Source: an uncultured Actinomycetes bacterium (GTDB lineage: Bacteria; Actinomycetota; Thermoleophilia; Gaiellales; JAICJC01). Taken from it: 64,000 nt of DNA. Every line of letters begins with the position of its first letter. The first letter of the stretch is position 1. Below, piece by piece: positions 21,457 through 29,319 of the stretch. Below the pieces are notes generated by a model. The model made no database searches. It saw only the letters and a list, made by a program, of their open reading frames with translations, and was not told where the DNA came from. The stretch is from positions 248 through 64,247 of the forward strand of contig CAVSFZ010000023.1 of the NCBI GenBank assembly GCA_963727235.1. Reading direction: 5' to 3'. The position numbers and the translations under genes were made by a program.

Positions 21457-22483
21457 CCTCGCGGCCGGCCGGTGACTGCCACCACTGGGCATGGCCGAGC
21501 ACGTAGGTGTCCCAGGCCCAGTCGGCCTTGGGCCGGTCGTGCTCCACGCCCCAGTAGTAGTCGAGGAACGAGATTCCGTACTGGAACTGGCAGATCGCCA
21601 GCACGTCCACGAGCGCCGCGCGCTCGGCGGGGGTGAGCGGCTCGGCTCGGTGGTAGGCGGCGATCAGCGCCTGCGCGTGGGTGATGTCGAAGGCGCCATC
21701 GTCGCCGTCGGAGATCCTGTTCCAGAAGAAGCAGTTGCGCTCGATGGCGACCGCCAGGTCGAGCAGGCGCGGGCCGCAGTCGGCCTGATGGAAGTCGATG
21801 ATGCCGGTGACGCGATCGCCCTCGAAGAAGAGGTTGTTGGTCTGCCAATCGCCGTGCAGCGGAGCGACCGGGAGGTCGGGGGCGACCGGCGCCAGCCGCT
21901 CGAACAGCTCGGAGTAGGCGTCATCGACCGGTGACAGGTCGCGGCCGGAGAGGTGCTCGGCCACGGCAGGGCGCTCACGCGAGAGCTGCGCCACGACCTG
22001 GGACGGCGCCCGATCGAGCGGCCCCAGCTGCACCACGAACCCGGCCTGGGGCTGCGGCGTGATCGGCGCGAAGTCGACACCGGCCTGATGGAATTGCGCC
22101 AACATGGTGCCGGCCGCCTTCACGTGGGCGATCGACCGAAACGGCTCCCAGGTGTCGGTGTCGGTGTAGGAGTCGAACCCACCGGCCGGCTCCCATAGCT
22201 CGTACCACAGCTCGCCCCGCTCGATCAGGCCGAGCGGGCGGGTGGCCGGCACGCCGCGGTCGGCGACGTGGGAAGCCACGGCGTGCTGCCACTCGACCTG
22301 GGCAAGCGCCCGGCCCATGGCGGGCTGACGCTTGAGGTAGACGACCCCCTGAGGCGTCTCGCACCGGGAGACCGCGAACAGCCAGCGGCGATGTCGCTCA
22401 GTGACCCGCACACCGGCGCCGAGCACCTCCTCAGCCTCGGTCTGCTCGATCGGATCCCAGTAGCGGTCGTCAACTCCCATCAC
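21425..22483 (-). CDS. APH/homoserine-kinase-II-like phosphotransferase
   Basis: PLHGDWQTNNLFFEGDRVTGIIDFHQAD is the kinase catalytic and DF(G)-like motif region. The start is GTG 22483 or ATG 22480. Confidence 0.75.
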   Translation of the reverse strand: MMGVDDRYWDPIEQTEAEEVLGAGVRVTERHRRWLFAVSRCETPQGVVYLKRQPAMGRALAQVEWQHAVASHVADRGVPATRPLGLIERGELWYELWEPAGGFDSYTDTDTWEPFRSIAHVKAAGTMLAQFHQAGVDFAPITPQPQAGFVVQLGPLDRAPSQVVAQLSRERPAVAEHLSGRDLSPVDDAYSELFERLAPVAPDLPVAPLHGDWQTNNLFFEGDRVTGIIDFHQADCGPRLLDLAVAIERNCFFWNRISDGDDGAFDITHAQALIAAYHRAEPLTPAERAALVDVLAICQFQYGISFLDYYWGVEHDRPKADWAWDTYVLGHAQWWQSPAGREARAALAAVVP

Positions 22484-22486
22484 GGG

Positions 22487-22492
22487 ACGGTA
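22487..22492 (-). promoter_or_regulatory. candidate -10 box (TACCGT) for a leaderless kinase transcript
   Basis: On the minus strand, TACCGT is followed by 6 nt (CCCGTG) and then ATG 22480. It directly abuts palindrome copy A. Confidence 0.3.
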
Positions 22493-22493
22493 C

Positions 22494-22526
22494 GTGAATA
22501 AATGGTGCCTGGCACCATTTATTCAC
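22494..22526. repeat. palindromic repeat copy A (33 bp, linker AT)
   Basis: GTGAATAAATGGTGCCTGGCACCATTTATTCAC is a perfect palindrome. It fills the 56-bp gap between two divergent gene starts. Confidence 0.95.
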
Positions 22527-22530
22527 GGTC

Positions 22531-22536
22531 TAGCAT
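22531..22536 (+). promoter_or_regulatory. candidate -10 box (TAGCAT) for a leaderless sulfurtransferase transcript
   Basis: TAGCAT is followed by 6 nt (CCGGTG) and then ATG 22543. It lies 5 nt after palindrome copy A. Confidence 0.3.
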
Positions 22537-22539
22537 CCG

Positions 22540-23385
22540 GTGATGGGATCGGATCTGCTGGTGACGGCCGAGTGGCTTCGTGACCACCTCGACCAGGTGC
22601 GGGTGCTGGACGTGCGCGGCGAGGTGGCAAGTGACGAGCCCCGCTACCGCGCCTACGTCGAGCGCTATCGCGAAGGCCACATCCCCGGAGCCGTGTTCGC
22701 CGACTGGCGCACCGACTTCACCGATCGCGACGCGGATGTGCCCGTGACGCTCGCGCCGCCGGCCGTGTTCGAGGCCGACGCAGCGCGGCTCGGAATCGGA
22801 GCCGACACGGTGGTGGTCGCCTATGACGACTACCGAAACGCGCTCGCGGGACGGATCGCATGGGTGCTTCGAAGTGTGGGGCACGACGCCACCCACATCC
22901 TCGACGGCGGGCTCTCCGCCTGGGAGGCGGCTGGACTCCCACTGGAATCCGGCGAGCACCACCCCGAGCCGCCCGAACCCCCGCTGCGTGTGACCTCGGT
23001 CGACGGGCTGATCGACATCGACGCTGTACGCGACGCGCTGGCCGCCGGCCTCCAGGTCGTGGACGCGCGCTCGACCGCGCAGTACACCGGCGCCGAAACC
23101 CACTCCCGCCGGGCCGGCCACATCCCCGGCGCGATCTCGATGCCGTACACCGACCTGTTGGCACCCGACGGCCGGTTCCTCGAGCCGGAGCAGCTCGCCG
23201 CACGGCTCGCCGAGGCAGGCGTCAACACCTCCGCGCCCGGGGTTACCTACTGCAACGGCGGCGTCTCGGCCACCGTGGTCGCGCACGCCGTCGAGCTCGC
23301 CGGCGGGTCGCGGCCAAGGATCTACGACGGCTCCTGGAATGAGTGGGGCAACCGCAGCGACACCCCTGTCGCCACCGGCGACTAG
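22540..23385 (+). CDS. tandem-rhodanese thiosulfate/3-mercaptopyruvate sulfurtransferase
   Basis: LVTAEWLRDHLDQVRVLDVR, two rhodanese modules, and the active-site loop YCNGGVSA. The start is GTG 22540 or ATG 22543. Confidence 0.85.
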   Translation: MMGSDLLVTAEWLRDHLDQVRVLDVRGEVASDEPRYRAYVERYREGHIPGAVFADWRTDFTDRDADVPVTLAPPAVFEADAARLGIGADTVVVAYDDYRNALAGRIAWVLRSVGHDATHILDGGLSAWEAAGLPLESGEHHPEPPEPPLRVTSVDGLIDIDAVRDALAAGLQVVDARSTAQYTGAETHSRRAGHIPGAISMPYTDLLAPDGRFLEPEQLAARLAEAGVNTSAPGVTYCNGGVSATVVAHAVELAGGSRPRIYDGSWNEWGNRSDTPVATGD

Positions 23386-23530
23386 CGTCCGCCACATGTC
23401 CGGTCGCATGCTCGCGTGCGCGCCTGAGTGGTTAAGATCGCCATTGCGCGGGTGTGGAACCGCCGCATAGCCTTGGTCGCCGGCGATGACGCCGCGACCT
23501 GTGGAAGCAGTCACTGCGAAGGAGGAGTTC

Positions 23531-24928
23531 GTGCCGACCGACCTTGAACGGTTCGTCGCGGCCGATGGCCGGGACGACGCGATCGCGAACGTGCGCAGGC
23601 GTATCGACGCCGAAGGCGTGACCTATATCTACTACCAGTTCATCTCCGTCACCGGACGGATCATGGGCAAAGGCGTACCTGCGCCGCACTGGGAGTCGAT
23701 GGCCAAGAAGGGCTTCCAGCTCGTGTACGGCTCCACCGCCAACCTCTTCACCGACCGCCACGGCGAGTACATCGGGTACGGGCCTGAGGCGTGGGAGCTG
23801 GTGGGCATCCCCGAGCCGGAGACGTTCCAGGTGCTGCCGTGGGACAAGAAGGTGGCGCGGGTGTGGTGCACCTGCTTCCGCGGCCGCGAGGACGAGAAAG
23901 ACGGCGGCGCCTTCCTGACCTCGGACTGTCGCAGCAACCTCAAGCAGATCCAGGCGGCGTTCGAGAAGAGCACCGGCCTGCACCTGCGCGCCGGCACCGA
24001 GCCGGAGATGATGTGGCTGAGGATGAAGGACGACGGCACGCCCGACGTCCAGGGCGCAACCAAGCCCTACTGCTACCACATCGACCAGTTCTCGGAGCTG
24101 CAGCCGGTCATCCACAAGGTGATCGAATACGGCCAGGCGATGGGCCTGGACATGATCCAGGGCGACCACGAGGACGCGCCGGGTCAGATCGAGCTCAACT
24201 TCAACTTCGACCGGGCTGAGCAGACCGCCGACAACCTCTCCACCTTCCGCCAGATCTGCAAGCAGGTCGGGCGCGAGCTGAACGTGTTCCCCTGCTTCAT
24301 GCCCAAGCCGTTCATGGGCGTGTCGGCCAACGGCTGCCACCACAACATCTCGCTGTGGGAAGGCGATACCAACGCCTTCATGCCCGAGGGTGAGGATCAG
24401 CGCCTGCCCAGCCAGATCGGCCTGTACGCGATCGGCGGGGTGCTCGAGCACCTTGCCGCACTGACGGCGGTGACCGCACCGACGGTGAACTCCTATCGAC
24501 GGTTGTGGGACACCGGCTTCTGGGCGCCGGTGTTTGCCGACTGGGGCTTCCAGAACCGCACCACCGCACTGCGCGTGTCGGCGCCGGGACGGTTCGAGTA
24601 CCGCTCGGTCGACTCGGCGGTCAACCCGTACCTGTCGCTGGCGACCCTGATCAAGGCGATGGAGGACGGGATCGAGCGCAAGATCGACCCGGGTCCTCCG
24701 GAGGAGCGAAACATCTACGACGCCATGGCCGGAGGCAAGGAGGTCAAGAGGATTCCGATGACCTTCGGCGACGCCCTCGATGCGCTGGACGAGGACGAGG
24801 TGATCCAGTCGGCCCTGCCCGACGAGATGTTCAAGGTGTTCCGGCACTACAAGCGGGACGAGTGGGAGCGCTACTGCGCCGAGGTGACCGAGTGGGACGT
24901 CAAGGAGTACCTCGACATCCTGCCGTAA
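23531..24928 (+). CDS. glutamine-synthetase-family ligase (GlnT / gamma-glutamylmethylamide-synthetase-like)
   Basis: AGGAGG lies 5 nt before GTG 23531. GS catalytic-domain blocks: HHEDAPGQIELNFNF, KPFMGVSANGCHHNISLW, NSYRRL, and NRTTALRV. Confidence 0.85.
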   Translation: MPTDLERFVAADGRDDAIANVRRRIDAEGVTYIYYQFISVTGRIMGKGVPAPHWESMAKKGFQLVYGSTANLFTDRHGEYIGYGPEAWELVGIPEPETFQVLPWDKKVARVWCTCFRGREDEKDGGAFLTSDCRSNLKQIQAAFEKSTGLHLRAGTEPEMMWLRMKDDGTPDVQGATKPYCYHIDQFSELQPVIHKVIEYGQAMGLDMIQGDHEDAPGQIELNFNFDRAEQTADNLSTFRQICKQVGRELNVFPCFMPKPFMGVSANGCHHNISLWEGDTNAFMPEGEDQRLPSQIGLYAIGGVLEHLAALTAVTAPTVNSYRRLWDTGFWAPVFADWGFQNRTTALRVSAPGRFEYRSVDSAVNPYLSLATLIKAMEDGIERKIDPGPPEERNIYDAMAGGKEVKRIPMTFGDALDALDEDEVIQSALPDEMFKVFRHYKRDEWERYCAEVTEWDVKEYLDILP

Positions 24929-25113
24929 ACCCACCGGGCTGATTTGACGGCTGGGCACCGGGCGACCGGTGTCCAGCGCCGTTAACGGCACCGCCAGTAT
25001 GGAGGATCGGCCATACCGGCAAAGCCTCTTCGGCCGGTACGATTGCTGTCCTACCTCCGGTCTATAAGCGGGATCGGGCCCGCCTTGCCAAGGCCATCCG
25101 AAAGGCGATCAGT

Positions 25114-26043
25114 ATGTGTGGAATCGCAGGAATCATCTATCGAGACGGCGCCCGCGGAGTCGGGCAGGACATGACTCGCATGCTTCAGTCGATGAAGCAT
25201 CGCGGCCCTGATTCGACCGGCTACGCGCTGTTCGCGCCGCCCTCGCCAAACATCGTCATGCGCTACACGCTGGCAGACACCGGCGACGCGCGCGACTTCG
25301 AGTTCGCCGACCGACTCGAACGCCACCGGTTCGAAGTCGAGCACAGGCTGCGGGAGATCGGCGCAACCGTCCACAGCGTGGAGGCCGAGACCGAGTACGC
25401 CTACCGCGCCACGATCGCCTATGACGGCGACCTCAAAAAGCTCGCCGACTACGTCGAGGACGTGCCGGCCGTCGAGGTGCTCTCGCTCGGGCACTCGCTC
25501 GAGATCGTGAAGGACCTGGGCGACGCCGAGACCGTCTCCGACCAGTACGGCCTGGGCGAGTTCAACGGCACCCACGCCATCGGCCACGTGCGCATGGCGA
25601 CCGAATCCGACGTCGACATCTCCGGCGCGCACCCCTACTGGGCGTATCCGTTCTCGGACATCGCCGTGGTGCACAACGGACAGCTGACCAACTACTTCTA
25701 CTGGCGCCGGCGGCTGGAGCGAAGCGGCCATCGGTTCCAGTCCGAGTGCGACTCCGAGATCATCGCGGTGTACCTGGCCGAGAAGATGAGCGAGGGCGAG
25801 ACGCTCGAGCAGGCGATGCACTCCAGCCTGGACGAGCTTGACGGAGTCTTCACCTACATGTGCGTCACCGCCGACGCGCTCGGAGTGGCCAAGGACGAGA
25901 TGGCCGCCAAGCCGCTGGTGCTGTACGAAGGCGAGGACATGGTCGCACTCGCATCCGAAGAGATCGCGATCCGTGCGGTGATCGATCACGAGATCGACAC
26001 CTACGATCCGTATGAGGGGGAGGTGCTGGTATGGACGCGGTAG
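25114..26043 (+). CDS. class-II glutamine amidotransferase domain protein (GlxB/MgsA-like)
   Basis: MCGIAGIIY has the N-terminal catalytic Cys. Also GHVRMATESDV and VVHNGQLTNY. Confidence 0.85.
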   Translation: MCGIAGIIYRDGARGVGQDMTRMLQSMKHRGPDSTGYALFAPPSPNIVMRYTLADTGDARDFEFADRLERHRFEVEHRLREIGATVHSVEAETEYAYRATIAYDGDLKKLADYVEDVPAVEVLSLGHSLEIVKDLGDAETVSDQYGLGEFNGTHAIGHVRMATESDVDISGAHPYWAYPFSDIAVVHNGQLTNYFYWRRRLERSGHRFQSECDSEIIAVYLAEKMSEGETLEQAMHSSLDELDGVFTYMCVTADALGVAKDEMAAKPLVLYEGEDMVALASEEIAIRAVIDHEIDTYDPYEGEVLVWTR

Positions 26044-26819
26044 GCGAAAGCCGTATCAACTATGACGCGCGCGGCCTGGCCGAGCCGGACGCGGCGGTAC
26101 CCAACGTGTCCGAGATCGACGGCGACTCGGCCGTGTTCGATGCCGCCAACCTGACCACGCGCCAGATCAACCTCGAGATCCGCAATCTCGTGTACGAGCG
26201 CGGGATCAAGAATGTGACCGTGCAGAACCCCGGCTCCAAGCATTCGCTTGGCGTCGGCATCCTGACCCGCTGCCAGATCACCTTCGAAGGCAGCCTCGGC
26301 TACTTCGGCTGCGGCGTCATCGACGGCCCCGAGGTGCACATCACCGGCCGCGTGGGCTGGTCGGTGTGCGAGAACATGATGTCGGGCACGGTCGTGATCG
26401 AAGGCAACGCGGGATCGCTCACCGGCGCGGCGCTGCGCGGCGGCGACCTGGTGGTGAAGGGCCGCTGCGGGGCGCGCTCGGGCATCGACCAGAAGGGCGG
26501 GCTGATCTTCACGATGGGCTCGGTCGGCTCGATGACCGGGTTCATGATGCAGCGCGGCCGGCAGATCATCTGCGGCGACGCGGGCCCCGGCCTCGGTGAC
26601 TCCATGTACGACGGCACCATCTACGTCGGCGGCAAGGTCAAGGCGCTCGGGATCGACTGCGTCCCGGGTGAGTGGACCGACGCCGACACCGAATACATCA
26701 ATCGCAAGTTCTCGATCTATGACCTGGGCACGCCGCCGGAGTTCCAGAAGTTCGTGTGCGGCAAGAAGCTCTACAACTACGACAACCTCGAGCCTTCCGA
26801 GCGGAAGCTCGTCCTCTAG
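26031..26819 (+). CDS. GXGXG-motif protein (glutamate synthase alpha-subunit C-terminal domain family; GlxC/MgsB-like)
   Basis: Repeated beta-helix turns GSLGYFGCG, GNAGSLTGAALRGG, GRCGARSGIDQKGG and GSVGSMTGFMMQRG. Overlaps the upstream gene by 13 nt. Confidence 0.85.
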   Translation: MDAVGESRINYDARGLAEPDAAVPNVSEIDGDSAVFDAANLTTRQINLEIRNLVYERGIKNVTVQNPGSKHSLGVGILTRCQITFEGSLGYFGCGVIDGPEVHITGRVGWSVCENMMSGTVVIEGNAGSLTGAALRGGDLVVKGRCGARSGIDQKGGLIFTMGSVGSMTGFMMQRGRQIICGDAGPGLGDSMYDGTIYVGGKVKALGIDCVPGEWTDADTEYINRKFSIYDLGTPPEFQKFVCGKKLYNYDNLEPSERKLVL

Positions 26820-26827
26820 GAGGGACG

Positions 26828-28258
26828 ATGTCGACTGACAAATCCCCCGCACAGCAGAACGTGCTCGGCCATAGCCGGATCTTCACGCCCGAGGTCATCA
26901 ACGACATCCACGTGAAGTCCGAGCTGGGCCGCTACCGCATGCGCGGATTCTCGATGTTCAAGCCGATCCCACACTGGGACGAGCTGATGTTCATGCCCGG
27001 CACCCTGACCCGGTTCGTGATCGAGGGGTACCGCGAGAAGTGCGAGACCAAGACCGTCCTGGGAGCCCGGTTCGCCAAGAAGCCGATCGAGCTGGACATT
27101 CCGGTGTACATCACCGGAATGAGCTTCGGTGCGCTCTCGCTGGAGGCCAAGATGGCTCTCGCCCGCGGCGCGTCGATGGCCGGCACCGCGACCTGTTCCG
27201 GCGAGGGCGGCATGATCCCGCCCGAGCGCGATCACAGCACGAAATGGTATTACCAGTGCATTCAAAGCCGGTACGGGTTCAACCCGCACCATCTGATGCT
27301 CGCCGATGCCTGTGAGTTCTTCATCGGACAGGGCTGCAAGGTCGGCCTGGGCGGCCACCTGATGGGCCAGAAGGTGACCGAGCAGGTGGCCGAGATGCGG
27401 TCACTGCCGGCGGGAATCGACCAGCGCTCACCGGCGCGGCATCCCGACTGGCTGGGCCCCGACGACCTCTCGCTGAAGATCCAGGAGGTGCGCGAGGCCA
27501 CCGACTACCAGATCCCGATCCAGCTCAAGCTGGGTGCGTCACGGGTGTACGACGATGTGCGGATGGCGGCCAAGTGCGGCCCCGACATCATCTACCTGGA
27601 CGGCGCCGAGGGCGGCACCGGTGCCGGCCCTCACATCGCAACCGAGGAGACCGGGATTCCACTGATGGCGGCCATCCCCGAGGCGCGCCGAGCGCTCGAA
27701 GACGTCGGCTTGGCCGACCAGATCGATCTGGTCGTGGCCGGCGGGATCCGAAACGGCGGCGATGTCGCCAAGGCGCTGGCGCTGGGCGCAAAGGCGATCG
27801 CCCTCGGCCACTCGGCGCTGATGGCGCTGAACTGCAACAAGGAGATCCCCGGGGTCACCGACTACGAGGGCACCGTCGGTGTGCCGGCAGGCAAGTGCTA
27901 CCACTGCCACACCGGCCGCTGCCCAGTGGGCGTTGCCACCCAGGATCCCGAGCTGCGCAAGCGGCTGGTTGTGGAGGACGCCTCCGAGCGGGTCTACAAC
28001 TTCCTGCACACGCTCACGCTCGAGGTGCAGATGCTGGCCCGCGCGTGTGGCAAGACCAACATCCACAGCCTCGAGCCAGAGGACCTGTGCGCCCTCACCA
28101 CCGAGGCCTCGGCGATGGCCCGCGTGCCGCTGGCCGGGACGACCTACATCCCAGGTGTGACCGAGCAGGAGACGCTGTCTGAGATCAAGCGGCTGCTGGA
28201 GAAGAAGCACGAGGAAGAGGCTGTCCGCGAGGCCCATCTGGAAGCGACCGGAGACTGA
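26828..28258 (+). CDS. FMN-binding glutamate-synthase-family protein (GlxD/MgsC-like)
   Basis: GGAGGGA lies before ATG 26828. ITGMSFGALS, QGCKVGLGGHLMG, IYLDGAEGGTGAGP, VAGGIRNGGDVAKALALGA, and CHTGRCPVGVATQD. Confidence 0.85.
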   Translation: MSTDKSPAQQNVLGHSRIFTPEVINDIHVKSELGRYRMRGFSMFKPIPHWDELMFMPGTLTRFVIEGYREKCETKTVLGARFAKKPIELDIPVYITGMSFGALSLEAKMALARGASMAGTATCSGEGGMIPPERDHSTKWYYQCIQSRYGFNPHHLMLADACEFFIGQGCKVGLGGHLMGQKVTEQVAEMRSLPAGIDQRSPARHPDWLGPDDLSLKIQEVREATDYQIPIQLKLGASRVYDDVRMAAKCGPDIIYLDGAEGGTGAGPHIATEETGIPLMAAIPEARRALEDVGLADQIDLVVAGGIRNGGDVAKALALGAKAIALGHSALMALNCNKEIPGVTDYEGTVGVPAGKCYHCHTGRCPVGVATQDPELRKRLVVEDASERVYNFLHTLTLEVQMLARACGKTNIHSLEPEDLCALTTEASAMARVPLAGTTYIPGVTEQETLSEIKRLLEKKHEEEAVREAHLEATGD

Positions 28259-28260
28259 TC

Positions 28261-28695
28261 ATGAGCTACATCCTTGAACCCGAGAAGCACACCTCGATCG
28301 ATGCCGAGTTCATGGCCGGAAAGCGATTCCCCTACCAGGAGGACATCTCCCTGGTCGACGACATCGACTTGATGGCCGCCACGCCCGGGAAGGACATCAA
28401 CTGGCTCGAGGACATCGAGCTGCTGGAGGAGGACGGCACGCCGGCCGTGTTCGATCGCTACTCCAACTGCTTCATCAAGATCTACTTCGACATCCCCGAG
28501 GGCCGTGAGAACGAGCTCGCCCGCAAGGTGCTGATCAAGCACCTGACCTCGGGCAACTCGTATGGCATCCAGATGAAGGAGAAGCACTGCAAGTTCCCGC
28601 AGCCCGAGCTGGGGCCGTGGGTGGAGAACTCTCGCACCGTCGGCACCGACTGGAAACCACCGGTGCTCGAAGGTTGGGAAGCGCCGCTGCATTGA
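28261..28695 (+). CDS. acidic 144-aa protein of unknown function, tightly coupled to the glutamate-synthase-like gene
   Basis: ATG lies 2 nt after the upstream TGA and the next gene starts 7 nt after its stop. The composition is not shadow-ORF-like (MSYILEPEKHTSIDAEFMAGKRFPYQEDISLVDDIDLMAATPGKDINWLEDIELLEEDG...). I recognise no motif. Confidence 0.6.
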   Translation: MSYILEPEKHTSIDAEFMAGKRFPYQEDISLVDDIDLMAATPGKDINWLEDIELLEEDGTPAVFDRYSNCFIKIYFDIPEGRENELARKVLIKHLTSGNSYGIQMKEKHCKFPQPELGPWVENSRTVGTDWKPPVLEGWEAPLH

Positions 28696-28702
28696 GAACG
28701 GG

Positions 28703-29245
28703 GTGACGCTCGCCGTCGTGGCAGTCATCGGGTGCTATGCACTCGGCTGCCTGACGGCGGGCTACTACCTCGTCCGGCTAACGGCCGGCGCGGACGTGCG
28801 CACGGGCGGCACCGGTTCCACCGGGGCCCGCAACGTCGGTCGTGTGGCGGGCGTGCGCGTGGCCGCGCTGACGCTCGCGCTCGACTGTGCCAAGGGAGCG
28901 ATCGCGGTGGCCGTGGCGGGCGCGCTGACCGACTCCACCGCGGTGGCTGCGGCGGCCATGGTGGCGGTGGTCGCCGGCCACGTGTATCCGGCCCAGCTCC
29001 ACTTCCGCGGCGGCCGGGGCCTTGCAACCGCGCTGGGGGCGATGGCGGTGCTCGACTGGCGGGTGGCGCTGGTCGGCGTGGTGGCGGCGCTGCTGGCAAC
29101 TGCCGCGACGCGCACGCCGACGGTGGGCGGATTGGTCGGGGCGGCCTCAGCCCCGGCCGGCGCCGCAGTGCTGGGCGCCGGCCGGGCTGTGATCCTGGGG
29201 ACGCTGGCAACCCTCGCCATCATCCTGGCGGCTCACCGCCGGTGA
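28703..29245 (+). CDS. plsY: glycerol-3-phosphate acyltransferase PlsY-like membrane protein
   Basis: Polytopic hydrophobic protein with GGTGSTGARNVGR (compare the PlsY GSGNxGATN motif), LDCAKGAIAV and FRGGRGLATALG. Its stop TGA 29243-29245 lies inside palindrome copy B. Confidence 0.7.
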   Translation: MTLAVVAVIGCYALGCLTAGYYLVRLTAGADVRTGGTGSTGARNVGRVAGVRVAALTLALDCAKGAIAVAVAGALTDSTAVAAAAMVAVVAGHVYPAQLHFRGGRGLATALGAMAVLDWRVALVGVVAALLATAATRTPTVGGLVGAASAPAGAAVLGAGRAVILGTLATLAIILAAHRR

Positions 29246-29272
29246 ATAACGGTGCCTGGCACCGTTATTCAC
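29242..29272. repeat. palindromic repeat copy B (31 bp, linker C; 33 bp if the flanking G...C pair is counted)
   Basis: GTGAATAACGGTGCCTGGCACCGTTATTCAC is perfect. The flanks CACCGCC (29234-29240) and GGCGGTG (29276-29282) extend the inverted repeat. Confidence 0.95.
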
Positions 29273-29286
29273 CCTGGCGGTGTGGA

Positions 29287-29319
29287 GTGAATAATTGGTG
29301 CCTGGCACCAATTATTCAC
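29287..29319. repeat. palindromic repeat copy C (33 bp, linker TT)
   Basis: GTGAATAATTGGTGCCTGGCACCAATTATTCAC is perfect. It lies 14 bp from copy B and contains the stop codon (29316-29318, minus strand) of the FAD oxidoreductase gene. Confidence 0.95.

Noticed and set aside
22508-22516. TGGCAC in the palindrome core, and at 41848, as a sigma54 -24 element
   Set aside because: No GC (TTGC)-type -12 element follows at the required spacing: the downstream sequences are CCATTTATTC and TGACCGCAGG. Most copies lie behind genes rather than in front of them.
24955-24990. Small hairpin GGCACCGG-GCGA-CCGGTGTCC and the 12-bp palindrome GCCGTTAACGGC after the GS-like gene
   Set aside because: The stems are short and GC-rich with a wobble or mismatch and no U-tract. 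Such structures occur by chance in high-GC DNA, and the downstream gene belongs to the same functional cluster.
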